Source: an uncultured Bordetella sp.
GTDB taxonomy: Bacteria; Pseudomonadota; Gammaproteobacteria; Burkholderiales; SG8-41
DNA length: 64,000 nt
Direction of reading: 5' to 3'
NCBI GenBank assembly: GCA_964433345.1
Contig: CAYSQJ010000001.1
Coordinates: 100,499-164,498 of the forward strand
The position numbers and the translations under genes are program-made. A model generated the notes under the pieces. It was not told where the DNA came from. It saw only the letters and a list, made by a program, of their open reading frames with translations, and did no database searches. Of this stretch, positions 17,723 through 27,230 are shown one piece after another; the stretch's first letter is position 1; the number at the start of each line of letters is the position of its first letter.

Positions 17723-18673
17723 GTGATCGGCGCGCCTGATCCGCACAATTCGCAAGTGTCAAAACCCGGAAAAATCATCGATTCGCTGGACCGCTTTGCC
17801 GACCTGCTGCCGGGCTTCCTCTATCAGCTCGAACGCAGTCCGGAGGGCGTGTTCCGTTACCGCTACGTCAGTTCGGGCATGCAGCGCATCCTCGGCGTGA
17901 CGCCGGCCGAGGCGCTGGCCGATGCCGAAGGCGTGCTGGCGATGATTCACCCGGATGACATCGACCGCGTCCTCGAGGAAAGCCTGCAGACCGCGGCGGA
18001 ACTGCGGCCCTGGCATTGCGAGTTCCGCATGCATGCGCGGGATGGCCGGCTGATCTGGATCTCGGCCCAGGATCTGCCGGCTTTGGAGCCGGACGGCACC
18101 ATCTGCTGGAGCGGATACGCCAACGACATTACCGAGAAGAAGGTCCTCGAGCAGAAAATTCGCGACCTCGCGCGTTTCGACGGCCTGACCGGTCTGCCCA
18201 ATCGCCAGCACTTCATCGATCTGGTGGAAAACAACCTGCTGCGGGCACGCCGCAACCGCAGCCGTTTCGCCCTGTTTTTTGTCGATCTCGATGGCTTCAA
18301 GCTGGTCAACGACACCAAGGGGCACGTCGTGGGCGACGAACTGCTGAAGGCCGTGGCTCTGCGGCTGCGCGGGGCATTGCGCGAATCGGATGTCGTGGGC
18401 CGCTTCGGCGGCGACGAGTTCCTGGTGCTGCTGCCGGATATCATCGAACAGGACAATGCTGCCGGCGTTGCCAGGAAAATCAGCACTGCGCTGGGCCGGG
18501 CTTTCGAGCTCCAGGCCGGTCGCTTTGCCATTTCCTGCAGCATCGGCATCGCGATCTATCCCGACCATGGCGGCAATGTCGATGCATTGATCGAGTGCGC
18601 CGACCGGGCGATGTACGAGGCGAAGAAGGACGGCGGCGGAAGCTACTGCTTTTCTGCGGGTTCCGCAGCCTGA
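17723..18673 (+). CDS. PAS-GGDEF diguanylate cyclase
   Basis: PAS-like N-terminal half and a C-terminal GGDEF domain (RFGGDEFLVLL). The start is uncertain (GTG 17723 or GTG 17756). Confidence 0.85.
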   Translation: MIGAPDPHNSQVSKPGKIIDSLDRFADLLPGFLYQLERSPEGVFRYRYVSSGMQRILGVTPAEALADAEGVLAMIHPDDIDRVLEESLQTAAELRPWHCEFRMHARDGRLIWISAQDLPALEPDGTICWSGYANDITEKKVLEQKIRDLARFDGLTGLPNRQHFIDLVENNLLRARRNRSRFALFFVDLDGFKLVNDTKGHVVGDELLKAVALRLRGALRESDVVGRFGGDEFLVLLPDIIEQDNAAGVARKISTALGRAFELQAGRFAISCSIGIAIYPDHGGNVDALIECADRAMYEAKKDGGGSYCFSAGSAA

Positions 18674-21600
18674 GCCGGCGCAGCTGCAGCAGCCGGCATC
18701 GGCTCGAAAGACAGCCTCAGCGGCACGTTGTTCTTGACGGTTTCGGCGGCGGCCTCGACGGGCTTGCCGGACAGCCTTGCGGCATCGAACTTCAGGCGCG
18801 TGGTGAATGCGCGATGGATGCTGTCGGCGCGCGCCTTGGCCAGCGCCGGCAGCGCGTCCCCGGACAGCGGCTGCAGTTCGATCAGGCGCTGATGCATGGC
18901 GATGTAGAGCTCGCGGTCGCCGGCGCCGCGACCCATGACGGCCAGCACAGGATTCACGCGCGCCGCGTCGCGGCCCGCCGACTTGCGGAAGCTTTCGGCA
19001 AACTGCGCCACGGCTGAATCGCCGGCGCGCGCCTCCAGCATCATCTCCAGTGCGCGCTGGGTTTTCGCGTTGTCGAAGCCGATGGGGCCAGGATCCTCGC
19101 CGGGCGCGAGTTTGAGGCCTTCGCGCAGCGCAAGATCGGCGCGCACTTCCCGCGCGCGCAGCGCGCGGCTGTCGCTTTCGCTGTGGTAGAGACCCTGCAC
19201 GACCAGCTTGAGCTGTGGCCGCTTCTGCAGGCCTTCGGCGACCCGCCGCAGCTTTTCGTATTCGGTGGGCAGGATGCGTGCGCTGCCCGGATCGAAGAGG
19301 ATTTCTCCCAGCTCCTCGGCCCCCGAGCCGAACAGTGCGCCGAGCGCGCGGAAGGGTGCGGTGACGATGCGCGTGATCACCGTGCGGATCGCCTGCCAGA
19401 CGATGTGGCCGTAGCTGAACTCCGGACTGTCGACATTGCCGCTGACCGGCACTGCGAGATCTATCCTGCCGCTGCTGTCGGTGAGCAGCGCGATTGCCAG
19501 GTCCAGCGGCAGGTCGAGCGCATTCGGGCTTTCGACGCGTTCGCCGAGAGTAAAGCGTTCCAGCAGCACCTTGTTGTCGCCGGCGAGCTGGCTGTTGTCG
19601 AGCTTGTACTGCAGGTCGAGCGAGAGCTTGCCCGAGGCGATCTTGCGCCCGGCGAAGGTGGCGGTGTACGGGCTCAGCGGTGTGAGTTCGACGTTGCGGA
19701 AGCTGACTGCAATGTCGGTGAATTTCTTTGGCGCAAAGGGCTGGATGGCACCTTCAGCGCGCGCGAGGCCGTAATCCTCGATGCGGCCCTCGAATTTCAG
19801 GCTGGCGCGCGACTCCGGCGCCGATGACAGGCCGCTGACCGAGCCGCCCAGCGACTTGATATGGGTGGAAAAGGGCAGCACCAGGCTCAGGTCCGTGAAA
19901 TCCATGCTGCCGCGTTCGACGCTGACGCGGTCGATGTTCACGGCGAGTGGCGTGCGCTTTGCGGCTTCCGGCGCGGGGGCGGGTGCCGCAGCCGACGCGG
20001 GTGCCGGGCGCCCGATGGCGGCGAGGTTGGTGCTGCGGTCCTTGTTGACGACCAGCCGCGCATAGGGGCGCGCAAGATTCATCCGGGACACGGACAGCCG
20101 GTTGTCGCTGCTGTTGTAGTCGATGCCGCTGGCGGTGAAACCTTGCCAGCCGAGCAGCTTTTCCTTGTTGGCCGCTGTCTGGAGTTCAAGCTCGCTGATC
20201 GCCGCGTCACCGGCAAAGCGCAGGACGGTGTCCTTGGCGCTGTTCCAACGCAGGCGACCGGTGCTGCCGGCCGTGCCTGAAACGAGGGTCAGCGTGCTGT
20301 GCTGGCGGATCGCCGTTTCCAGCGGTGCCAATGCAAGGTCGGCCAGTTCGAGCCGCAGGTCGCCGGACTGCTGTTTCAGGTCCATGCTGCCCTTCGCCTG
20401 CAGCTTGCCACCCTGCTTCACGATCAGTGACAGTTCCAGCGCAAGCGGCTTGTCCGGGGGCAGGGCCCAGGGGCCGGCATTGATGCTGACCCGTTCAAGA
20501 TCGTAGGCGAGGGGCGGCTGGAAACCCTGGTCGCTGAGCGCGAGCGTGTAGTCCGCCAGCTCGATGCGGTCGATCACGGCGGAGAAACCGCTTTTCTGCG
20601 AAGGCGAATCCTTCAGCGGCGCAAACATGCGCAGCATTCGGAGTTCGCCTGCGGCATCGCGCGTGACCTCGCTGCGGCCACCGCCCAGGCGCAGGCTGTC
20701 GGCGCGGAAGGCCTGCTTCTGCAGATCGAAACCGGCTCCGGCGAGCTCGGCGGTGGCGAGCGTCACCGGGGCTTCCTTTGATTCGGCGGAGCCCGCCCGC
20801 AGGTCGCGCAGGGCGACGCTGGCTCCGTTCACGGTTACCTGCGGCTGCGCGCCGAGGCTGGCCTCGAGACCGAGGCCGGCTTCCGCCTCTGCGATGCGTA
20901 TCCGCAGCGGATCGACGCGGCTGCGGTCGTCGATGGTCAGGGCCAGCGGACCGATGGCGATCCTGGGCAGCGAAAGCTGCCAGGCGGGGCCGGGTGTCGT
21001 TGCGGGAGTTTCGCGATCCGCGGTTGCAGGCTTTGCCATTTTTCCGGATGCACGCACCAGCTTGCCCCAGTCGGGGATGCCGTCCTCGTCGAGCGCGATC
21101 TGGATCACGCCTTCGCCGATCCGGATCTGCTCGAATGTGGCCTTGCGTTTCTGCAACTCAAAACGGCCGCCTTCCAGCGCCAGCGTGGCAATCCCGGCGA
21201 GAGATTCGCCCCCGGGCTTTGCGAGGGCGAGATCCTTGATGCCCAGCGCCATGTTTTCGGCGTTCAGGTCAATGGCGCCTTCGCGGTATCGCAGCTGGTA
21301 GCGCAGCCCGACCTCATAGGATCCCTTCGGTTCGGCCAGCGCCAGCCAGTCCCGGGCGAAGCGCCACAGCGTGGCCAGCTTGCCGCCCTTGAGTTCGATG
21401 GAACCCGAGGAATCAAGGGGGGACAGGGCCAGCTTGCCCTGCCAGTTCAGGCTGCCCCCGCCGGGCAGACGCGCATGGAGACGATGTTCGCCCTCGTGCT
21501 CCGGCAAGGTCGCCAGATCCGCGATCTCGAAATCGATCGGATCGAAGCGTGCGACGGCGGCGGGCTGCAGGGTCTGGTCGGTGAAGCTGAAAATGCCGCC

Positions 21601-22092
21601 GCTGATCACCAGATTCTGCAGCAGCAGGCGAGGTGTCTTGGCGGGTTCGGCCGGTGGCTCCGCCGTGTCTCCGTTGCGGGGCGCGAACAGCCGCGCCAGG
21701 TTCAGGCTTTCCCGGGCGTCCAGCTCGGCGCGGACCACCGGCTTCTCGATGCGGATCTCGCGGAAGGTCCATGCCCAGCGCAGCAGGCTGCCGGCCTCGA
21801 AATCGACGAACAACCGGCCGACCTCGAGCGCGGGATCACTTTTGTTTTTCTCGGCAATCGCGAGATCAGTGGCCTCGAGCGTCAGCAGGAAAGGGTTGAT
21901 GCGCAGATCCCCGACCGAACCCCGGGCGCCGAGTTGCTGCTCGACCAGTTTCGGGAACTGCTGGCGCAGCAGCCAGGGTGCGGCAAGGAAGCCCAGCAGG
22001 GCGTAGATCAGCAGCAACGCGGCGCCGATCCGCAAGGGCTTCGAGCGCAGCAGCCGGCGCAGGCGGGTGGAGCGGACGGCGGTCTCGCTCAT
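18643..22092 (-). CDS. Large DUF748/AsmA-like protein with an N-terminal membrane anchor
   Basis: 1149 aa. The N-terminus KPLRIGAALLLIYALLGFLAAPWLLRQ is followed by long beta-rich repeats typical of DUF748/AsmA-like proteins. The family call is from memory. Confidence 0.6.
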   Translation of the reverse strand: MSETAVRSTRLRRLLRSKPLRIGAALLLIYALLGFLAAPWLLRQQFPKLVEQQLGARGSVGDLRINPFLLTLEATDLAIAEKNKSDPALEVGRLFVDFEAGSLLRWAWTFREIRIEKPVVRAELDARESLNLARLFAPRNGDTAEPPAEPAKTPRLLLQNLVISGGIFSFTDQTLQPAAVARFDPIDFEIADLATLPEHEGEHRLHARLPGGGSLNWQGKLALSPLDSSGSIELKGGKLATLWRFARDWLALAEPKGSYEVGLRYQLRYREGAIDLNAENMALGIKDLALAKPGGESLAGIATLALEGGRFELQKRKATFEQIRIGEGVIQIALDEDGIPDWGKLVRASGKMAKPATADRETPATTPGPAWQLSLPRIAIGPLALTIDDRSRVDPLRIRIAEAEAGLGLEASLGAQPQVTVNGASVALRDLRAGSAESKEAPVTLATAELAGAGFDLQKQAFRADSLRLGGGRSEVTRDAAGELRMLRMFAPLKDSPSQKSGFSAVIDRIELADYTLALSDQGFQPPLAYDLERVSINAGPWALPPDKPLALELSLIVKQGGKLQAKGSMDLKQQSGDLRLELADLALAPLETAIRQHSTLTLVSGTAGSTGRLRWNSAKDTVLRFAGDAAISELELQTAANKEKLLGWQGFTASGIDYNSSDNRLSVSRMNLARPYARLVVNKDRSTNLAAIGRPAPASAAAPAPAPEAAKRTPLAVNIDRVSVERGSMDFTDLSLVLPFSTHIKSLGGSVSGLSSAPESRASLKFEGRIEDYGLARAEGAIQPFAPKKFTDIAVSFRNVELTPLSPYTATFAGRKIASGKLSLDLQYKLDNSQLAGDNKVLLERFTLGERVESPNALDLPLDLAIALLTDSSGRIDLAVPVSGNVDSPEFSYGHIVWQAIRTVITRIVTAPFRALGALFGSGAEELGEILFDPGSARILPTEYEKLRRVAEGLQKRPQLKLVVQGLYHSESDSRALRAREVRADLALREGLKLAPGEDPGPIGFDNAKTQRALEMMLEARAGDSAVAQFAESFRKSAGRDAARVNPVLAVMGRGAGDRELYIAMHQRLIELQPLSGDALPALAKARADSIHRAFTTRLKFDAARLSGKPVEAAAETVKNNVPLRLSFEPMPAAAAAPAQAAEPAEKQ

Positions 22093-22107
22093 CGCCGCAT
22101 GCCCTCT

Positions 22108-23037
22108 TCAGTCGTTGTCAGCGCGCAGGACGGCGAATCCGGCCTGCAGCGCCTTCTCGATGCGGGACTTCTCTTTCCGGATCTTCTCCTCGTCCCAGTC
22201 CCACATGCCGGCCTTTGCCTTCATGCCGGTGCGTCCCTTGGCCACCATGTCCTTCAGGAATTTCGGCGGTGCCTGTTCGGTGTGCAGGTGCGGGTACAGC
22301 GCCTCGCCGACCAGGTAGTTGGTGTCCCAGCCCGACATTTCCTTCTGCATCATCGGGCCGCAGGCAATGAAGCGGAAGCCGAAGCCCTGGCGCACGGCGG
22401 TGTCTATGCCTTCGGCATCGGTGACGCCGTCGGCGATCAGGTACAGCGCCTCGCGCATCATTGCGTGCTGCAGGCGGTTGCCGACGAAGCCGGGCACGTC
22501 CTTCCTGACCCAGATCGGCGCCTTGTCGAGGTCCTTCAGCAATTGCACCAGCGACTGCGCGACTTTGGCGTCGGTCAGCGGCGAGCTGACGACTTCCACC
22601 AGCGGCACCAGGTGGGCGGGCATGAAGAAGTGCAGGCCGGCGACGCGTTGCGGATGTTTCAGGTCCCTGGCGATTTCCCCGATCGGAAAATTCGAGGTGT
22701 TGCTGGCGAGGGGGATGTCCGGTTTGGCGAGCGCCTCGACTTCGGCGAACAGCTTCTGTTTCAGCGCCAGGTCCTCGGTGGCGGCCTCGACGACGATGTC
22801 GATGCCCGACCAGGGGATGGCCTTGAGTTCGGCGTGGCAGTGCACTGCAGCGGCGTAGCCGGCCGGTGCGCCCAGCTTGGCGAGTCCGGCGGATATGCGC
22901 GCCGGCAGCGCTTCACGCGTTTTCAGCGAAGGGCTCATGACATGCACGGTCCAGCCATGCGCCGCGAACACCGTGGCGATGTCGCCGCCCATGATGCCGC
23001 CGCCAATGACCACTGCCTGCTTGTTGTTTCCGGACAT
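22108..23037 (-). CDS. 3-hydroxyacyl-CoA dehydrogenase family protein (NAD-binding)
   Basis: AVVIGGGIMGGDIATVFAAHG Rossmann motif and HBD-like sequence. Confidence 0.8.
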   Translation of the reverse strand: MSGNNKQAVVIGGGIMGGDIATVFAAHGWTVHVMSPSLKTREALPARISAGLAKLGAPAGYAAAVHCHAELKAIPWSGIDIVVEAATEDLALKQKLFAEVEALAKPDIPLASNTSNFPIGEIARDLKHPQRVAGLHFFMPAHLVPLVEVVSSPLTDAKVAQSLVQLLKDLDKAPIWVRKDVPGFVGNRLQHAMMREALYLIADGVTDAEGIDTAVRQGFGFRFIACGPMMQKEMSGWDTNYLVGEALYPHLHTEQAPPKFLKDMVAKGRTGMKAKAGMWDWDEEKIRKEKSRIEKALQAGFAVLRADND

Positions 23038-23114
23038 GGATTTTCCTCGGGACTAAGTTGTATTGCAGCCGCTCGGGCCGTGACGCTTCGATTATATCGC
23101 CCGTCGTCGAAAGA

Positions 23115-23151
23115 CATCCGCCGCGGCTGTCGTGGACAGGCGCGGCGGATG
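23115..23151 (-). terminator. Hairpin terminator candidate
   Basis: Perfect 11-bp stem CATCCGCCGCG / CGCGGCGGATG. The minus-strand transcript continues UCUUUC (weak U-tract). Confidence 0.4.
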
Positions 23152-23189
23152 CGCAGGCGTCAGGCAGGGATGTCCCGTGGCGGGACGTT

Positions 23190-24014
23190 CTAGCGCACCA
23201 GTGTCGCGCTCCAGGGCGTTGCCGGCGCATCGGCGCGCGCGCGCATGGTGCCCTTCATCGTCGAGCCGCTGACGCGACCGGTATAACTCGCGCCGCCGAT
23301 GCTGAAGCTGATCTGGTCGCCGCGCAGGTTGGTGGCGGTGACGCGCCAGCTCATGCCGTCGCCGTTGCGGAACACGCCCTCGAAATCCTGGAATTTCTGC
23401 TTCAGTTCCATGGTGCCCTTGTCCATTTTCCAGTTGCCTTCGACTTTCGCCGGCACGATCCACATGTAGGCGGTGCGGCCCTCGGTCGAATCGGTCTGGT
23501 CCGGTGCCCAGTCATCCATCGTGAAGGCATGCGACACCACGCGGGTGCCGGGTTTCATGTTGAGGATGGTGGGGCGCAGCTTCAGGTTGAGGTACGGCAG
23601 CAGGTACATGGTCAGCACGGTGGCGTCGCTGAAGTCGGTGGCGAAGATGTCGCCGCGGATGAAGCGGGTTTTGTCGGCGACGCCCTCGCGTTCGGCGTTG
23701 CGCTTCGACAGTTCGACCATGTCCGGGTTGTATTCGATGCCGGTGGCGCGCACGCCGAACTGCTTGGCGGCGGTGATCACGGTGATGCCGTCGCCGGAGC
23801 CGAGGTCGTACACCACGTCCGTGGGTTTGACATCCACCATTTTCAGCATTTTCTCGACCAGGCTTTTCGGCGTGGGCACCCAGATCACGTCCTTGCCGGC
23901 CTGGCCCACCTGCGGCTTGAATTCACCGCCGGTTTGCGCCTGCGCGGGGATGCTCAGTGCCGCCGCGGCGATGAAGAAGGCGGTCAAAACAGTGTGACGG
24001 ACAATCAACTGCAT
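23190..24014 (-). CDS. Secreted/periplasmic class I SAM-dependent methyltransferase
   Basis: Signal peptide MQLIVRHTVLTAFFIAAAALSIPAQAQ and SAM motif VYDLGSGDGI. The start is trimmed to ATG 24014. Confidence 0.7.
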   Translation of the reverse strand: MQLIVRHTVLTAFFIAAAALSIPAQAQTGGEFKPQVGQAGKDVIWVPTPKSLVEKMLKMVDVKPTDVVYDLGSGDGITVITAAKQFGVRATGIEYNPDMVELSKRNAEREGVADKTRFIRGDIFATDFSDATVLTMYLLPYLNLKLRPTILNMKPGTRVVSHAFTMDDWAPDQTDSTEGRTAYMWIVPAKVEGNWKMDKGTMELKQKFQDFEGVFRNGDGMSWRVTATNLRGDQISFSIGGASYTGRVSGSTMKGTMRARADAPATPWSATLVR

Positions 24015-24078
24015 GGTGATCTCCAGGAATGTGGGCGGGGCAGTATGCCCCAATGGGACCGGATTTTTTCCCGGCAGT

Positions 24079-25059
24079 TCAGCCCGGTTTTGCGCCCGAA
24101 GCCTTGACCACCGGCGCCCAGCGCGCGATCTCGGCCTTGATGTGCGCAGCGAACTGTTCGGGGGTGTTGGCGACGGCTTCCGCGCCGTCGGCGGCGAGGC
24201 GCTCCTTGACGTCCGGACGCATCATGACCTTGACAATGTCGGCGTGCAGCTTGCTGACGATGTCACGCGGCACCGCGGCCTGGGTCAGCACGCCGTACCA
24301 CTGGTTGGCGTCGTAGCCGGGAACGCCGCTTTCATGGATGGTGGGAATTTCAGGTGCGATAGCCAGGCGTTTCATCGTCGCCACCCCGAGCAGCTTGAGG
24401 CGATTGGATTTGACATGCGGGCCCAACGCGACCATGCCGGTGATGGTCATCGTCGTCTCTCCGGAAATCATGCTGATCATCGCCGGTGCGGTTCCCTTGT
24501 ACGGGACGTGCACCATGTTGATCCTGGTGAGCAGCTTGAAATATTCACCGGCAAGATGCGAGGCGCTGCCGCTGCCGCCCGATGCGTAGAGCAACTCGCC
24601 CGGCCGCGACCTGGCCAGCGCGATGAAATCGCGCGCGGTTTTCACCGGCAGCGACGGATGCACCGCCATGCCGTTGGGCACGGTGGCGAGCACGGTGATC
24701 GGCGCAAAGTCGCGGATCGCGTCGTAGGACAGCTTCGGATACAGGGTCGGATTGACGCCGAAGGTGCCGACATGGCCCATGACGATGGTGTAGCCGTCGG
24801 GTGCCGAGCGCGCCGCGGCTTCGACGCCGATGGTGCCGGCTGCTCCACCGCGGTTTTCGACGACGATCTGCTGGCCCCAGGCTTCGGTGAGTTTCTGCGC
24901 TACCAGCCGCGCCAGCAGGTCGGTGCTGCCCCCGGGCGGGAAGGGAGCGATGAAACGCACCGGCTTGGTCGGGTAGCTTGTTGCGCCTTGGGCGTAAGCC
25001 GCGCTTGCAAGGCTGCAGCCGATCACAGCGGATGTTACTAAGTATTTGATTTTATTCAT
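24079..25059 (-). CDS. Bug-family (TctC-like) tripartite tricarboxylate transporter substrate-binding protein, no. 1
   Basis: YPTKPVRFIAPFPPGGSTDLLARLVAQKL hallmark; signal peptide. Confidence 0.9.
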   Translation of the reverse strand: MNKIKYLVTSAVIGCSLASAAYAQGATSYPTKPVRFIAPFPPGGSTDLLARLVAQKLTEAWGQQIVVENRGGAAGTIGVEAAARSAPDGYTIVMGHVGTFGVNPTLYPKLSYDAIRDFAPITVLATVPNGMAVHPSLPVKTARDFIALARSRPGELLYASGGSGSASHLAGEYFKLLTRINMVHVPYKGTAPAMISMISGETTMTITGMVALGPHVKSNRLKLLGVATMKRLAIAPEIPTIHESGVPGYDANQWYGVLTQAAVPRDIVSKLHADIVKVMMRPDVKERLAADGAEAVANTPEQFAAHIKAEIARWAPVVKASGAKPG

Positions 25060-25065
25060 TTATTT
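25046..25065. repeat. AT-rich 20-bp element, copy b (TTGATTTTATTcATttATTT), preceded by TAAGTAT
   Basis: Spans the start codon of Bug no. 1. On the coding strand it encodes MNKIKYL. Confidence 0.6.
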
Positions 25066-25085
25066 ATCCATCCGCCCAAGGGGCA

Positions 25086-26297
25086 TTAGTTTTTCAAACG
25101 ACCATCCAGGGTTGCCCCGGCATCGACCAGGGCCTCGATTTCGGAATCTGACAGGCCCGCTTCGCGCAGGATGTCCACGCTCTGCTCGCCGAGCTTGGGC
25201 GCCGGGCTCCAGCCTTCACGCAGGCCGCAGGACCATTTGTTGGGCAGGCGCATGTTGCGCGTGAGGCCCTCGGTCGGATGCTGTTTCATTTCGAAAAAAC
25301 CGATCTCCTGCAGATGCGGATCCTCGAGCACGCTGTCGAGCGTGTGATAGGGCATCGCCGGCACATCGGCCTTGTCGAAGATCTCCAGCCATTCCGCGGT
25401 GGTCCTGCCATTCAGCGCGGCCATGCGCACTTCGAAGTAGGCCGCAACGTTGGCGAAGCGCGCCTGCACACTGCAGAAGCGCGGGTCATCCTTCAGTTCG
25501 GGCTGGCCGATGGCCTTGAAGAAAGAGAAGGCCTGTTCATTGGTGTTGGCGGAGATGCAGATCCAGCCGTCCTTGGTCGGGATCGGCTTGCCCAGCGGGT
25601 CGAGCAGGCGGGGGTCGCCGGTTTCGCCCAGCGGCGGGTCGAAGGTCTTCAGGTACATATGCTCTTCGAGCACGAACTTGACGAAGTTCTCGAACATCGG
25701 GATTTCGATCGAGCAGCCTTCGCCGGTCTTCAGCTTGCGGTAGAGCGCCATGGTGATCATCTGCACCGCAATCAGCCCCACCGTCTTGTCGGCGACGACC
25801 ATCGGCACGAAGCGCGGCTCGCCGGTGGCACGGTGGTGCAGTGCCGCCATGCCGGAGGAACCCTGGATGATGGTGTCGTAGGCCGGCTTGTCGCGGTAAC
25901 GGCCATCCTGGCCAAAACCGAACATGCCGCAGTAGATGATGCCGGGATTGACCTTGCGCACGTCTTCGTAAGACAGTTTCAGCCGCGCCATCGCCGGCGG
26001 GCGCACGTTCCAGACCAGAACATCGGCCTTTTCGATCAGCTTCAGCAGCGCGGCATGCCCTTCCGGATGCTTGAGATCGAGCACGATCGAGCGCTTGTTG
26101 CGGTTCAGGTGCAGGAATTTCGCGCCCATGCCCGGCGTCACCGATTTGCCGTTCATGTTGCGGATCAGGTCGCCGGACTTCGACTCGACCTTGATCACGT
26201 CGGCGCCGTGGTCGGCGAGGATCTGGGTGGCCAGCGGCCCGACCACGACCGAAGTCAGGTCGATGATGCGCACGCCCTCGAGCGGTCCTCCGGCCAT
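25086..26297 (-). CDS. Family III CoA-transferase
   Basis: VRIIDLTSVVVGPLATQILADHGADVIKVES. Confidence 0.88.
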   Translation of the reverse strand: MAGGPLEGVRIIDLTSVVVGPLATQILADHGADVIKVESKSGDLIRNMNGKSVTPGMGAKFLHLNRNKRSIVLDLKHPEGHAALLKLIEKADVLVWNVRPPAMARLKLSYEDVRKVNPGIIYCGMFGFGQDGRYRDKPAYDTIIQGSSGMAALHHRATGEPRFVPMVVADKTVGLIAVQMITMALYRKLKTGEGCSIEIPMFENFVKFVLEEHMYLKTFDPPLGETGDPRLLDPLGKPIPTKDGWICISANTNEQAFSFFKAIGQPELKDDPRFCSVQARFANVAAYFEVRMAALNGRTTAEWLEIFDKADVPAMPYHTLDSVLEDPHLQEIGFFEMKQHPTEGLTRNMRLPNKWSCGLREGWSPAPKLGEQSVDILREAGLSDSEIEALVDAGATLDGRLKN

Positions 26298-26310
26298 CAG
26301 TGGGTCTCCT

Positions 26311-27162
26311 TCATGCGAACTCCGCCTCGGCGGTCAGTGCCAGCGCGCCGCTGTCGTCCTGCGCCCACAGCTTGGCTGTCCTGTTGTCGGCCGAAGGCTC
26401 GCCGCAGACGGTGATCGTGCGGTTGACGAACAGCGCGCGCACATTGCGCGAAGACATGAATTTCACCGGTGTCGAACCGTGGGTGCGCGCCAATTCATAG
26501 ACCAGCAGCGTCGTCAGCCCGCCGTTCATCACCAGGTTGGGATAACCCTCGACGCCGGTAACATAGGGATGGTCGTAATGGATGCGGTGGCCGTTGAAAG
26601 TCAGCGCCGAGTAGCGGAACAGCATTACCGGATCCGGCGTGACCTCGTGCTGCCATACCGCCTTGCCCGGCGCCGGCTGCGGCGGGGGCGGCGGCGCATT
26701 TTTGTCCGGCTCGCCGCGGTAGACAATGTCCTGTTCCTCGGTGATGGCGATACCGCTCGAGTTCTTGATGTCGGTTTTCACGGTGACGAACACCATGCGT
26801 CCGCTGCGCCCGTCCTTGATGGTGACGTTCTGGATCGTCGATTCGCGATGCACTTCGTCACCAATATGCAGCGGCGCGATGAAGGTCGTGCGCTTGCCGG
26901 CAAACATGCGCCGCGGCAGCGGTACCGGCGGCAGGAAATCGCCGCGTGCCGGATGGCCGTCAGGGCCGATCTGCGAATGGCGCACGACACGCGGGAACAG
27001 TGTGGAGTGCCAGCCGACGGGCAGCGGATCGCCGATCTTCGGAAAGGCGTCGTCGCGGTCGAGTGTTGCCGACAGCCGGTCGACCATGGGCACGGTCACG
27101 TAATCAATGGCCGTTTCGGTGCGGCCGATCCACTGCTTCAGGGATTCGAGATCTGCGGTCAT
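26311..27162 (-). CDS. Double hot-dog (MaoC/FAS1-like) acyl-CoA hydratase/dehydratase, resembling itaconyl- or mesaconyl-CoA hydratases
   Basis: 283 aa. The N-terminal MaoC_dehydrat_N-like half is separated from a C-terminal hot-dog half by a Pro-rich linker (PPPPPQPAP). The substrate assignment is inference. Confidence 0.65.
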   Translation of the reverse strand: MTADLESLKQWIGRTETAIDYVTVPMVDRLSATLDRDDAFPKIGDPLPVGWHSTLFPRVVRHSQIGPDGHPARGDFLPPVPLPRRMFAGKRTTFIAPLHIGDEVHRESTIQNVTIKDGRSGRMVFVTVKTDIKNSSGIAITEEQDIVYRGEPDKNAPPPPPQPAPGKAVWQHEVTPDPVMLFRYSALTFNGHRIHYDHPYVTGVEGYPNLVMNGGLTTLLVYELARTHGSTPVKFMSSRNVRALFVNRTITVCGEPSADNRTAKLWAQDDSGALALTAEAEFA

Positions 27163-27230
27163 GCGGGTTGCCTTGATTGTTGCGGAGGAAGAGCCGCAAT
27201 TCTAAGTCAGGGATCGTGCGTCGCGGGGAT

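Noticed and set aside
15168-17762. 864-aa minus-strand ORF opposite the TPR-GT9 and CoA-transferase genes
   Set aside because: A shadow ORF of the same kind. The plus-strand genes have strong motifs and this frame has none.
18643-18673. 31-nt convergent overlap of the GGDEF and DUF748 gene ends as a regulatory feature
   Set aside because: Short convergent 3' overlaps are common in compact high-GC genomes, and no associated structure or motif is seen.
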